Assembly: GCA_965209115.1 (NCBI GenBank)
Contig: CBDBQD010000002.1
Location: forward strand, 1,223,890-1,287,889
Direction: 5' to 3'
DNA: 64,000 bases
Source: Acidimicrobiales bacterium
GTDB taxonomy: Bacteria > Actinomycetota > Acidimicrobiia > Acidimicrobiales > CATQHL01
Shown: piece by piece, positions 45,375 to 55,017 of the stretch
Position numbering within the stretch: the first letter of the stretch is position 1
Layout of the letters: each line of letters starts with the position of its first letter
Notes under the pieces: model-generated
What the model was told of the DNA's origin: nothing
What the model saw: only the letters and a program-made list of their open reading frames with translations
Databases searched by the model: none
Made by a program: the position numbers and the translations under genes

Positions 45375-47924
45375 ATGCGCGTGATGAAGCAAGGGTCGTG
45401 GACCCGCCGGTGGATGGTGGTCGGGCTGGTCGTCGCCCTGATCGGGGGCGTTCTGGCGGTTGCCGGCACCGGTGCCGCCACGGGCCAGGAAACGGCCACA
45501 GAGCGAGAATCGGCCGAGTGCCCGGTCACGAGCATGGGCGGGCTCGGCGCCCCCGCCGGCAGTGCCGTGCAGGCGGAAGGTCGCTGGACTGGCGAGGACT
45601 GCGACTCGCGTTTCCGTCCGGGCAACGACGCCCACACCTACCGCTTCGAGATCCGCAGCCCGGGCCGGATCCGCGTCGAGTTGTCCTCGCCCGAGGCCGA
45701 CCCGTACCTGTATCTGCTCGCAGCCGACGGCACCCGCCTCGCGGACGACGACGACGGCGGCGCGGGACTCGCCGCGCGCGTGGAGCGCGACCTGTCGCCG
45801 GGCGTCTACCTGGTGGAGGCCACCACGGTCGGTGGCCGCGCCCGCGGCGCGGCGAACTTCACGCTGACCGTGAGCCGAGTCCCCGGCTGCGACACCGTGC
45901 ATCTGGGGACGCTTCTGCCGGATTCCGACCTGACCGCGATGGGTTCCTGGTCCCTTGACACCTGTGGTTCCCGGATCGTGGCGACCCACCCTGCGCACAA
46001 CTACTCGTTCGTGCTGCCGGCCGACGGTCGTGTGCGGGTTGATCTCGTGTCGGAGAACGGCGACGCCGTGCTGTCCATGGCGTCACTCGAAGGCGCGGTG
46101 ATCGGCGCCAACGACGACGGCGGAGGTGCACGCAACTCGCGCATCGAGCAGTACCTGCCGGCCGGCGTGTACTTCCTCGAGGCCACTACTTACCTGGCGC
46201 GCGACCTCCAGCCGTTGCGGGCCGAATTCACCCTCACCGTGCGTCTCGTGGACGAGTTGGCGCAGCAGCAGGACTTCCAACTCAAGGTCGAGAAGGTCCA
46301 CATCCCCGACGAGGTGGTCGCGGGGGATCCGGTCGCGGTGAACTACCGGGTGGGCAACGCCGGAGGCGGCGACCTGCCGGGCGGCGGGAACCTCACCTTC
46401 GTCTACGCCGTGGGACGCGTCGAGGGAGCGCGCCGCGTCATCGACTTCCATGGGCCGGTCGCCGGCGCCGGAGGTAGCTGGCCGGCGAGGACCTCGTACC
46501 ACTCCGATGATGTGGCTGCGAGCGCCACGAGCGTGCCGAACCCTGCCATGAGACCTCTTGAGATCACCTTCGACGACTCCGGCCCGGCCTGGCTGTTCGT
46601 CGGCATCTTCACGGAGGACGCGGACGAGAACGAGATCGGCTTCCATGGTGTCTGGAACAACCTGATGGTGCTCAGCGCCCCGACCTTCGAGCCGGTCAAG
46701 GTGGACGTCGACGGGACGGACTACTGGGTGTCCGCCGAGGCCGACGCCGAGGGGATGGTGACGACATCGGTGAAGTCCGTCGACGACCCCGCAGCGGAGG
46801 CCGACGAGGCGGACCGGGCGACGGCGATCTACACGGCGGGCGTGCGCACGCAATTGCTGGACGGCGTCTTCGAGCGGCCCGCCCTGGGTGGTCTGGCCGG
46901 CGCGGACGATCCCCCGGTGACGCCGGTCGTGGCTCTGCCGTCGGACCCGTCCTCCGGCAGCCTTCTCGAGACGTTCGGGGCGGCGTACGCGGCGTTGGTC
47001 GGCTCATCCGGGCCGGCCGAGTCGGTGTCCGCGGGCGAGGCGATCAACCCGGTCGCAGCCGAGGAGTTGGTGCTCGCAGTCGCCGCGCGGTCATCGGGCC
47101 TCTTCGCTTCGCTGGCGTCCTCGTGGGGCGCGCTGCTGGGGAGGCTTGAGGCGGGCGAGGCGCTGCGCCTCGGTGAGGCGTTGGCCTTGCAGTCCGAACT
47201 CTCCTACACAGAGGCGGTGCTCCCGCCGCTAGTGACCGCGGGGAGGATCGTCGCCGCGGCCCGCGAGGCCGAAACCGGTTGGGAGGATCCGGGCGTTCGC
47301 GTCATGGTCGTCGAGTTGGGGTCCTGCGCCGACGTGGGCGCCGGTCTCGCCTCCGCCCTCGCCGCGGCCACCGGGGCCGCCGTCGACGAACTGGTGGTGC
47401 TCGACGCCGAGATGCGCGCGGTGCTGCCGGTCTGGGGTCCCGTTGTCGACAGCATCCTTTGCGCCGCCTCGGCCGCTGACGCGGCCAACTACCGGTTCCT
47501 GGAGCGGCTGGCGCTGGAGGAGAGCGAGGAGCTGCTCGAGCTGCTGCTGCTGACCGGGGAGGAGCCGATCGAAGAGGATCCCGAACCGCGGACGTACCGG
47601 CTGCGCGTTATCGCCCGCCTGGGCGCCGACGGGCGGGTCGAGCACGGCGTCGAACTCGTCGGTGGCCTCCGACTGCTGCCGGCCGTCCGATACCTGCGGG
47701 CGGACGCGCTGGCCGGCGAATGGCGGGAGAGCAGCGACGTCGAGTCGGGCGACGAAGTGCTGGGGAGGGTCCGCGCCCGGCGACTGGCCGACGGTCGCAT
47801 CGAGATGGGCTTCGTCGCCGGCGGCGAGGAGCAGCAACTCGACATCCGCTACCTGCCCGCCGCCCTCCCCGAGGGCGTCTGGTTCCGCAGCAGCGAGATC
47901 GAGGTGACGGTGGGTTCGGGGTAG
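45375..47924 (+). CDS. large secreted or membrane-anchored repeat protein (two PPC/collagenase-type beta-sandwich-like repeats plus C-terminal ADGR[IV]E repeats)
   Basis: ATG 45375 after ggagcagggagg, then a signal/anchor segment WMVVGLVVALIGGVLAVAG. Repeated modules contain H-Y-F, DPYLYLL/DAVLSM, DDDGG/NDDGG and PGVYLVEATT/AGVYFLEATT. The C-terminus has two copies of RVxARxxADGR[VI]ExG....RYL.A....W..SS..E. Confidence 0.65.
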   Translation: MRVMKQGSWTRRWMVVGLVVALIGGVLAVAGTGAATGQETATERESAECPVTSMGGLGAPAGSAVQAEGRWTGEDCDSRFRPGNDAHTYRFEIRSPGRIRVELSSPEADPYLYLLAADGTRLADDDDGGAGLAARVERDLSPGVYLVEATTVGGRARGAANFTLTVSRVPGCDTVHLGTLLPDSDLTAMGSWSLDTCGSRIVATHPAHNYSFVLPADGRVRVDLVSENGDAVLSMASLEGAVIGANDDGGGARNSRIEQYLPAGVYFLEATTYLARDLQPLRAEFTLTVRLVDELAQQQDFQLKVEKVHIPDEVVAGDPVAVNYRVGNAGGGDLPGGGNLTFVYAVGRVEGARRVIDFHGPVAGAGGSWPARTSYHSDDVAASATSVPNPAMRPLEITFDDSGPAWLFVGIFTEDADENEIGFHGVWNNLMVLSAPTFEPVKVDVDGTDYWVSAEADAEGMVTTSVKSVDDPAAEADEADRATAIYTAGVRTQLLDGVFERPALGGLAGADDPPVTPVVALPSDPSSGSLLETFGAAYAALVGSSGPAESVSAGEAINPVAAEELVLAVAARSSGLFASLASSWGALLGRLEAGEALRLGEALALQSELSYTEAVLPPLVTAGRIVAAAREAETGWEDPGVRVMVVELGSCADVGAGLASALAAATGAAVDELVVLDAEMRAVLPVWGPVVDSILCAASAADAANYRFLERLALEESEELLELLLLTGEEPIEEDPEPRTYRLRVIARLGADGRVEHGVELVGGLRLLPAVRYLRADALAGEWRESSDVESGDEVLGRVRARRLADGRIEMGFVAGGEEQQLDIRYLPAALPEGVWFRSSEIEVTVGSG

Positions 47925-48017
47925 AACTCCGAACCTCCCATGATTCGGGGAGGTCGAGCTGCGCGCCGCGTTCCGCCCGAGCGCGGCGCACCCGGCCACT
48001 TGACGGGAGGGGCGGCC

Positions 48018-49757
48018 GTGGCCGCTGAGCGAGACGACAGGGCCGTCCGGTACGAGCCGGAGGACAGGCCACCGGTGCTCGTGACCGCCGGTGTGGGGTT
48101 GCAGGCGGCGATGACGATCATCGCGCCGGTTGCCCTGAGCGTCGTGATCGTGGCGCGGATCGCCGGGCAACCGGACTCCTACATCTCGTGGGGGGTCGTC
48201 GCGGCGCTGGTGGTCAGCGGGGTCGCAACCATCCTGCAGGTGGTGCGACTCGGGCGGATCGGGTCGGGACACGTGCTGGCGATGGGCACGTCCGGTGCGT
48301 TCATCGCGGTCTGTGTCGCCGCGCTGGAAGCGGGCGGCCCGCCCCTGATGGCGTCGCTCATCGTCGTCTCGTCGCTGTTCCAGTTCGCGCTGGCCGCGCG
48401 GCTCTCGTTGCTGCGCCGAGTGTTCACGCCGGTCGTCTCCGGGACGGTCGTCATGCTCATAGCGGTCACCGTGGCCCCCGTCCTCTTCGACACCATGGCG
48501 AGCGTGCCCGACGGCACGGCGCGCGCCGCGGCCCCGGTCGCCGCACTCGTCACCGTGGTGACGGTCGCCGCTCTGGTCCTTCGCGGCTCCCCATCGGTGC
48601 GGCTGTGGTCGCCGGTCGTCGGTATCGCCGTGGGCTGCGCGGTGGCGGCACCGTTCGGGATCTACGACACGAACGCCGTGGCGGCGGTGCCCTGGATCGG
48701 TTTCCCGGTGGCCTCCTGGCCGGGATTCGACCTGTCTCCGGGGGCCGACTTCTGGGCCCTCCTCCCGCCGTTCGTGGTGGTCACGATCGTGGGGGCGGTC
48801 GAGACCATCGGCGACGGCATCGCGATCCAGCAGGTGTCGAGGCGGACCCCGCGGGCCACCGACTTCCGGGTCGTGCAGGGGGCTATCAACGCCGACGGCG
48901 TGGGCAACCTGCTCTCGGGCGTCGCGGGCACGCTCCCCAACACCACGTACTCCTCCAGCGTGGCGCTCGCGGAGGTCACGGGAGTCGCGGCGCGGCGTGT
49001 CGGGGTCGTCATCGGCGGCGTCTTCGTCGCAGTGGCGTTCTGCCCGAAGATCTCCGCCCTGCTCATCGCCATCCCCGGACCGGTGGCGGCGGGCTACCTG
49101 ATCGTCCTGATCGGAATGCTCTTCGTCCAGGGCATGCGGCTCGTCCTTCGAGACGGCCTCGATCACCGGAAGGCGGCCGTCGTCGGACTGTCGTTCTGGC
49201 TGGGTGTCGGTTTCCAGAACCAGTGGATCTTCCCCGATGTAATCGGGGACGGTTTCGTCGGCGTGCTGCTCGGGAACGGCATGACCGCGGGCACGATCTC
49301 GGCGGTAGCGATGGTCGTCTTCATGGACCTGACGGGCTCGCGCCGGCGGCGTCTGCGGGTCCCGCTCGACGCCGCGGCCCTGCCGCAGGTGCGAGAGTTC
49401 CTCAGTGCGTTCGCCTCGAGATCCCAGTGGGGCGAGACCGCGACCGGGAGGCTGACCTCAGCGGGCGAGGAGGCCCTTGCCGTCCTCCTGCAGGAGAGCG
49501 GTGATCCCGTCGAAGGCGCCCGGCGGCGCCTGGCCGTGACCGCTCGCATCGAGGGTGCATCGGCGGTCGTGGAGTTCGTGACCGTCCTGGAGGGACAGAA
49601 TCTGGAAGACCATCTCGCCTATCTGAGCGAACTGCCTCCCGCTCCCGATGAGCGCGAGGTGTCGTTCCGGCTGCTCCGGCATTACGCCTCCGCCGTGCGC
49701 CATCAGAAGTATCACGGCGTCGACATCGTCGAGATGACAGTGGACCGGCGCGCCTAG
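48018..49757 (+). CDS. nucleobase:cation symporter-2 (NCS2, xanthine/uracil permease) family transporter with an extra C-terminal soluble domain
   Basis: GTG 48018 preceded by gggagggg; ATG 47940 from the ORF track is the alternative start. A polytopic body is followed by a ~150-aa non-membrane tail starting about RRRRLRVPLDAAALPQVREFL. Confidence 0.7.
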   Translation: MAAERDDRAVRYEPEDRPPVLVTAGVGLQAAMTIIAPVALSVVIVARIAGQPDSYISWGVVAALVVSGVATILQVVRLGRIGSGHVLAMGTSGAFIAVCVAALEAGGPPLMASLIVVSSLFQFALAARLSLLRRVFTPVVSGTVVMLIAVTVAPVLFDTMASVPDGTARAAAPVAALVTVVTVAALVLRGSPSVRLWSPVVGIAVGCAVAAPFGIYDTNAVAAVPWIGFPVASWPGFDLSPGADFWALLPPFVVVTIVGAVETIGDGIAIQQVSRRTPRATDFRVVQGAINADGVGNLLSGVAGTLPNTTYSSSVALAEVTGVAARRVGVVIGGVFVAVAFCPKISALLIAIPGPVAAGYLIVLIGMLFVQGMRLVLRDGLDHRKAAVVGLSFWLGVGFQNQWIFPDVIGDGFVGVLLGNGMTAGTISAVAMVVFMDLTGSRRRRLRVPLDAAALPQVREFLSAFASRSQWGETATGRLTSAGEEALAVLLQESGDPVEGARRRLAVTARIEGASAVVEFVTVLEGQNLEDHLAYLSELPPAPDEREVSFRLLRHYASAVRHQKYHGVDIVEMTVDRRA

Positions 49758-49868
49758 CGGCCGGGACCGTTTGGCCCGTCCCGTGCACGAGAACGGGGGA
49801 GGTAAAGGGGCGTGTCCCTCGTGAGCGAGGCGGTGTTCGCCGGCTGGCTGGTTCGGGCGAGGAAGCGT

Positions 49869-50777
49869 TCAGTCCTGGTCCGCAACCGCCGCGACGGGTT
49901 CGCGGCGGCGGGCGAGCAGGCTGTTGACGACGGCCCCCACGAGCAGGCCCATTGCCAGCAGGTAGAGCCAGAACAGCAGGCTCAGAACCCCGCCCAGCAG
50001 GCCGAACACCGTGTTCATCCCGCTGGAGGCGACGCCCAGATAGAGGCGGAACCCTGTCGAGACCACCAGCCACCACGCCGTCGCCACCGCCGCGCCCGGC
50101 AGCTCGAACCGCAGCAACGACTGGCGGCGCGGCGCGAAGTGGTAGACGCAGGCCGCCCACACCACGACGACGGCGGCCACCAGCGGCCAGCGCAGCCACA
50201 CCCAGGCCGTGGCGAACCCCGAACCTCGCCCGACGCGTGCGGCGACCTCCTGACCGCTCCCCAGCAGCGGTCCCACCACCACCATGACGGCCACCAGCGC
50301 CGCAACGACCACCGTCACGATGGTGATGGTGAAGCCCACGATGCGGGTGGAGAGCCAGCGCCGGCGGTGCTCGTGGCCGTACACCACGTCGAGGGCGCGC
50401 ACCACGGCGATGAAGCCGCGCGACGAGGCGTACAGCGTCAGGACGGCACCCAGGGTGATCACACCGGCGTTGGACTGGGTGAACAGGTCGGTGACGGTCC
50501 GGCGCAGCGTGCTGTCGGCGCCGAAGGATTCGATGACGCGGTCCAGCAGCCAGTTCTCGACATCGGCGGCGGCGCCCGCGCCGATGATGGCGTCCAGAGA
50601 GCCGAGGGCTCCGGCGAAGACGATCACCGCCGGGAACAGCCCCAGCAGGGCGTAGAACGCGATCTCGGCGGAGAGCCCCGGCAGCCGTACCCGCAGCCAG
50701 TGACGGCGGAACTCGTCCGCCAGCGCCAGGATCCGTCGCCAGAGGGGCCGCAGGCGGGAAAGATCGGGTCGGATCAT
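49869..50777 (-). CDS. YihY/BrkB-family membrane protein
   Basis: 302 aa with GLSAEIAFYALLGLFPAVIV, typical of the family. Polytopic. Confidence 0.8.
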   Translation of the reverse strand: MIRPDLSRLRPLWRRILALADEFRRHWLRVRLPGLSAEIAFYALLGLFPAVIVFAGALGSLDAIIGAGAAADVENWLLDRVIESFGADSTLRRTVTDLFTQSNAGVITLGAVLTLYASSRGFIAVVRALDVVYGHEHRRRWLSTRIVGFTITIVTVVVAALVAVMVVVGPLLGSGQEVAARVGRGSGFATAWVWLRWPLVAAVVVVWAACVYHFAPRRQSLLRFELPGAAVATAWWLVVSTGFRLYLGVASSGMNTVFGLLGGVLSLLFWLYLLAMGLLVGAVVNSLLARRREPVAAVADQD

Positions 50778-50869
50778 GTGCCGCCGATGCTATGGGCGCC
50801 GACTTGACGCATCCGGGACGGCGGTCCGGTCCGCGCGGAGGGCGACGGCGCCGCTGGTCAGCTGACGGC

Positions 50870-51553
50870 TCAGCGCAGCGTGATGACCGTCAGCCCGTCG
50901 CCGACGGGCAGCATCGCCACCTGCGAGCGAGGATCGGCTGCCGCATGGGCGTTGAAGGCGCGCAGCGACTCGGTTGTGTCGTCGTCCTGGTCGGGGTCGG
51001 CCACGCCGCCTCCCCAGAGCACGTTGTCCACCAGGATCACGCCCCTGGGCGTCAGCCGGGGCAGCAGTTCCTCGTAGTAGTTGATGTAGTTGGCCTTGTC
51101 GGCGTCGATGAAGGCGAAGCCCACCTCGGGCCCGGGCGGCAGGGCTCGCAGCGTCTCCAGCGCCGGGGCTATGCGCAGGTCGATGCGGTCGGCCACGCCG
51201 GCGCGCTCCCAGTAGGACCGGGCGATGGCCGTCCACTCCACCGAGACGTCGCAGCACAGCAGCCGCCCGCCCGGCGGCAGCCCCCTCGCCACCGCCAGCG
51301 CCGAGTAGCCGGTGAAGGTGCCCACCTCCACCGCCAGTGAGGGCTGCAGCAGCCGCACGAGCATCGTCATGAACGATCCCTGCACGGCGCCGATCTGCAT
51401 CCGGCCGGCGTCACCCATCGCCTCGGTGGCGGCGATGAGGTCCTGCTGCAGTGCGTCGGGCCTGCTGGAGTGGGCGTCCATGTAGGCCAGCAGGGCCTCG
51501 TCGATCTGCGTGATCTGCGAACTCACCGGGCCGATCCTACGAGCCGCCGCCAT
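50870..51553 (-). CDS. class I SAM-dependent O-methyltransferase (caffeoyl-CoA OMT-like)
   Basis: VEVGTFTGYSALAVA (SAM motif), FAFIDADKANY and ILVDNVLWGG. GTG 51526 is an alternative start that avoids the 17-nt overlap with the upstream gene. Confidence 0.85.
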   Translation of the reverse strand: MAAARRIGPVSSQITQIDEALLAYMDAHSSRPDALQQDLIAATEAMGDAGRMQIGAVQGSFMTMLVRLLQPSLAVEVGTFTGYSALAVARGLPPGGRLLCCDVSVEWTAIARSYWERAGVADRIDLRIAPALETLRALPPGPEVGFAFIDADKANYINYYEELLPRLTPRGVILVDNVLWGGGVADPDQDDDTTESLRAFNAHAAADPRSQVAMLPVGDGLTVITLR

Positions 51554-52349
51554 CCGGGCGACGGGCGGCGCGGCGGGGAGGCAGGGGTACGAAGGCGCTG
51601 GTGCGTCGCACGTATCCGGCGTAGCCGGGCCGGCGATCGGCGATGGTGCTCTCCAGCATCCGCACCCCCGAGACGCGCACCAGCAGGACCGACATCACGA
51701 CGGGGCCGGCGATCGTCCAGGCGCCGCCGCCAGCGGCGGCCACCAGGTACACGCCCCACCAGACGCAGAAGTCGCCGAAGTAGTTGGGGTGGCGGGTGTA
51801 CCGCCAGAGGCCGCGGTCCAGGACAGCGGACCGGTTCGCCGGATCGGACTTGAAACGCCGCAACTGCTCGTCACCGACCGTCTCGAACGCCAGCCCCGCG
51901 GCCCAGACCGCGCAGCCGAGCCAGTCGAGCGGTCCCAGCCCCGGCGGATCGCCCGACGCGCCCACGACTGCCTGCACGGGCAGCGATACCACGACGATCA
52001 TGCCGCCCTGCAGGCCGAAGACCGTCACGAGGCTCCACCAGGTGAAGGTCCGCCGGGAGCGACGGGCGCGCATCGCCGCGTAGCGGTAGTCCTCGGGTTC
52101 ACCCCACTTCCGTGCCGACAAGTGCCCGCCCAGGCGGAGTCCCCACACGGTCACCATCACCAGCATGAGCCAGGTGCGGGCTGTCACCGTCACCGACGCG
52201 TCCCACAGCCAGACCGCCCAGGCGGCCGCAACGTACGTGATTCCCCAAAGGGGATCCACGATGGAGGCGTCCCGCAGCCGCAGGCTCGCCAGCCAGCCGG
52301 CGGCCATCACGACCCCGACGGTCGCGGCGGTGACGGCGAACGCGTTCAC
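51537..52349 (-). CDS. DUF1295-family membrane protein (steroid 5-alpha-reductase-like fold)
   Basis: 270 aa with GLWRYTRHPNYFGDFCVWWG, the family hallmark. Confidence 0.8.
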   Translation of the reverse strand: MNAFAVTAATVGVVMAAGWLASLRLRDASIVDPLWGITYVAAAWAVWLWDASVTVTARTWLMLVMVTVWGLRLGGHLSARKWGEPEDYRYAAMRARRSRRTFTWWSLVTVFGLQGGMIVVVSLPVQAVVGASGDPPGLGPLDWLGCAVWAAGLAFETVGDEQLRRFKSDPANRSAVLDRGLWRYTRHPNYFGDFCVWWGVYLVAAAGGGAWTIAGPVVMSVLLVRVSGVRMLESTIADRRPGYAGYVRRTSAFVPLPPRRAARRPDGGGS

Positions 52350-52407
52350 AGTCTCGACGCTACGGTCCCCGGTCGGCGAATGCCCCAGGTGGCGCCGCCG
52401 GACGGTC

Positions 52408-53784
52408 CTACCTCGCCCTCGCCGGCTGCGCCCGCCCGACCGCGGCCACTGGGATGGCGGCCACCGCCAGGAGACCGGCGGCGGTCGCCAGGGTCACAGG
52501 CAGCGAGACGAACTGCGCCACGAGGCCGAGCGTGACGCCTCCCAGTACCTGTCCGAGCGCTTCTGCCTGACCGAGGAAGGAGATCACCGTGGCCCGCACC
52601 CCCGAGGAGGCCTCGCGGTTGGCCATGGCTTCGGCCAGGGGATAGGTCGTCTCGCCGGCCACGTCCAGGACCGTCCAGCCGGCCAGTGCCACGGCGAAGA
52701 TCGGGCTGACCGCCAGGGCCAGCGCGCCGGCGCCCGCCACGATCAGCAGCCGGGCGAGCAGTCTGGCGTCCCGAGCCGTGTCGGGACTCGCCAGGCGGCG
52801 GCGCAGCCAGATCATCACGGGAATCGACAGCGCGGCCATGATGAACCACACCACGCCGAAGAAGAGGACCGCCTCGCCGCCGTCATAGTCGGGGAGTCCC
52901 AACTCGACGAGCCGCAGCACCTCGAGTCGCTCGATCGCCTCGCCGGCGAAGCCGGTGATCGCCGCCGCCGACACCACCGCCAGCAGCGTCCGGCGACGCA
53001 ACGCCAGCGCGGCGCCGTGGCGAAGGATCGTCAGTGCCTCGTGCCAGGCACCTCCTGCGCTCAGGCCTCGGAGACTCCCCCGAATGAACCCTGTCTCGGT
53101 CATGGCGACGGCGAGGTAGACTGCGAAGGCGAGGCTCAGCGCCCCCACGACGACCAACGCGCCGCGCAACGACCAGGTTCCGACCCCTGCAGCGAGGGCG
53201 AGACCGACCATCACGCCGATCGCCCGCCAGGTGGCGTGCCGCACGATCAGTTGATCCAGCCCGCCGACGCCCGGCGTGCCGCCGGGAACCTCGGGGGAGC
53301 CGGCGGGGGAGTCCCCGGCTGAAACGCCGGATGCCGCCGCAGCGTCCGTCGAGGGCACCGGTCCGGCCAGCAACTCGTCAGTCACCCAGGCGGTGGTCGC
53401 GCCGCTCTGCATGGTCCAACCCACGGCCCAGACCGCCTGCCAGACCATCATCGAGGCGAAAGCCGGCGAGGTCGCCATGAGTCCGATCGCCGCCCCCATC
53501 ACGGCGAAGGAGACCACGACCGACAGCCTGCGACCGTAGAGGTCGGCCAGCACGCCCGTGGGGGCTTCCGCCACCAGGATCGTGAGTACCAGCGCGGTTC
53601 CGAGGAGCGCCAGCCGCAGCGGCGGGAAGCGCAACTCCACGACCCACCACACCACCGCCGGAAGACCCGCAGACCAGACGAGTCCCTGCGCCGCGCCCAT
53701 GAGGAGGAACAGGCGATCGGGTCGGCGGCGCACGACCGCGCAGCATAGGAACCGGCGCCCGGCGCTTACGGTTCGCCGGACCAC
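52408..53784 (-). CDS. MFS transporter
   Basis: 458 aa, about 12 hydrophobic segments, with the loop motif GVLADLYGRR. The start codon is uncertain. Confidence 0.75.
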   Translation of the reverse strand: MVRRTVSAGRRFLCCAVVRRRPDRLFLLMGAAQGLVWSAGLPAVVWWVVELRFPPLRLALLGTALVLTILVAEAPTGVLADLYGRRLSVVVSFAVMGAAIGLMATSPAFASMMVWQAVWAVGWTMQSGATTAWVTDELLAGPVPSTDAAAASGVSAGDSPAGSPEVPGGTPGVGGLDQLIVRHATWRAIGVMVGLALAAGVGTWSLRGALVVVGALSLAFAVYLAVAMTETGFIRGSLRGLSAGGAWHEALTILRHGAALALRRRTLLAVVSAAAITGFAGEAIERLEVLRLVELGLPDYDGGEAVLFFGVVWFIMAALSIPVMIWLRRRLASPDTARDARLLARLLIVAGAGALALAVSPIFAVALAGWTVLDVAGETTYPLAEAMANREASSGVRATVISFLGQAEALGQVLGGVTLGLVAQFVSLPVTLATAAGLLAVAAIPVAAVGRAQPARAR

Positions 53785-53811
53785 GAGCGAACGGGCGCCC
53801 TCGCGTATTCG

Positions 53812-54087
53812 CTACGAAAGGTCCTCGCCGATGTAATGGACCAGCGGACCGCGCTCGGTCGCGCTCCACAAGATCAGCCAGTCGTCTTCTGTGCCTCCGG
53901 AGGTCACCACAACACCCCAAATGGGAGGCTGTTGGTAGCGCCGCCTGCGGAGCCGACGGTTGCCGGGATCGTCCTCGATGAGGTCGAGGATGTCGTTGAC
54001 GTGGTTGTACAGCTCTTGACGTTCCAAATCTGCCGCGAGCGCTGTCAGCCGCCGATCGGCGTCGACGCTGAAGAGAAGTGACGCCAT
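53812..54087 (-). CDS. small protein with a RelE/ParE-toxin-like sequence pattern
   Basis: The real part of ORF 53812..54288 starts at ATG 54087: MASLLFSVDADRRLTALAADLERQELYNHVNDILDLIEDDPGNRRL...WLILWSATERGPLVHYIGEDL. The layout resembles RelE/ParE-superfamily toxins, but this is a weak assignment. Confidence 0.35.
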   Translation of the reverse strand: MASLLFSVDADRRLTALAADLERQELYNHVNDILDLIEDDPGNRRLRRRRYQQPPIWGVVVTSGGTEDDWLILWSATERGPLVHYIGEDLS

Positions 54088-54247
54088 GCGGGGTATTGTA
54101 CCGACTGGGCCGAGGGGCGATACGGATCGCGTCCTATCGGGCATTGCTCCAGCTGCATCCTGGTGGTACACTGTGCACCACGACGCGGCACGCGCGGACA
54201 TGGAAAGGCCGGGTAGCGGTGCCGCCGAGTCGCCAAGGGAACGAATC

Positions 54248-54493
54248 ATGCAGCACCTCGTAGAACTCGATTCGCGGCGACGCATCACGTTGGGACGCCT
54301 CGGGAACCCCGAACATGAGCGCTACCTCGTACACGAGGAATCTGATGGGACCCTCGTCCTCACACCGGCGGTCGTGATGCCGGCCCACGAAGCAGCCCTG
54401 TTGCGTCACCCGGAACTGGTTGAGCAGATCAAGGCCGATCTGGCAGATCCGTCGGCGACCCTGTCTTCCTCAGCAGGCCGGCGCGAGCGCTGA
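54248..54493 (+). CDS. AbrB/MazE/SpoVT-type antitoxin-like protein
   Basis: ATG 54248. MQHLVELDSRRRITLGRLGNPEHERYLVHEESDGTLVLTPAVVM is the typical swapped-hairpin SpoVT/AbrB pattern. No cognate toxin gene lies downstream. Confidence 0.5.
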   Translation: MQHLVELDSRRRITLGRLGNPEHERYLVHEESDGTLVLTPAVVMPAHEAALLRHPELVEQIKADLADPSATLSSSAGRRER

Positions 54494-54575
54494 CTCGCCG
54501 CGTTTGGCGGCCTCTCTCGCGGCCACGAGCAAGGAATTCAGGCTCGGCCGCCGGCCCTCGGTTACCTTCTAAGTT

Positions 54576-55017
54576 GTGCGCCTGTCGTGGAACGAGGTCC
54601 GTGGCCGAGCGACTGCGTTCGCCGAACAGTGGCGGGATGCGGCCGATGAGGTGCGCGAGGCGCAGAGCTTCTACAACGACTTCTTCCGGGTCTTCGACGT
54701 CGAGCGCCGCAGCGTGGCGCGCTACGAGGAGCACGTTCGAAAACTCGATGACAAGGACGGGTTCATCGACTTGTTCTGGCCGGGGGTGCTCCTCGTCGAG
54801 CAGAAGAGCGCCGGGCGCAGCCTCGCCGGAGCTTACGACCAGGCCGGCGAGTACTTCGACGCGCTGAAGATGCGCGATCGGCCTCGGTACATCCTGGTGA
54901 GCGATTTCCAGAACTTCGAGTTGCACGACCTCGACGAGCGCAGGACGGTCGCGTTCCCGCTGAGAGACCTGCCCGACAACGTCGAGGCGTTCGGGTTCAT
55001 CATGGGCGTTCAGCCCG
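54576..55017 (+). pseudogene. N-terminal (nuclease-domain) fragment of an MmeI-family type IIL restriction-modification enzyme
   Basis: MRLSWNEVRGRATAFAEQWRDAADEVREAQSFYNDFFRVF...GFIDLFWPGVLLVEQKS...PRYILVSDFQNFELHDL...FGFIMG parallels the MmeI N-terminus, including its D...ExK nuclease motif. The methyltransferase and TRD parts are absent. Confidence 0.75.

Noticed and set aside
47925-47960. Short hairpin acctccc-atgattcg-gggaggt after the secreted-protein gene as a terminator
   Set aside because: The stem is only 7 bp with no U-tract, and it overlaps a possible start region of the next gene. This is too weak to call.
52165-53322. 385-aa plus-strand ORF
   Set aside because: It is antisense to the MFS transporter, highly charged and low-complexity, and lacks motifs.
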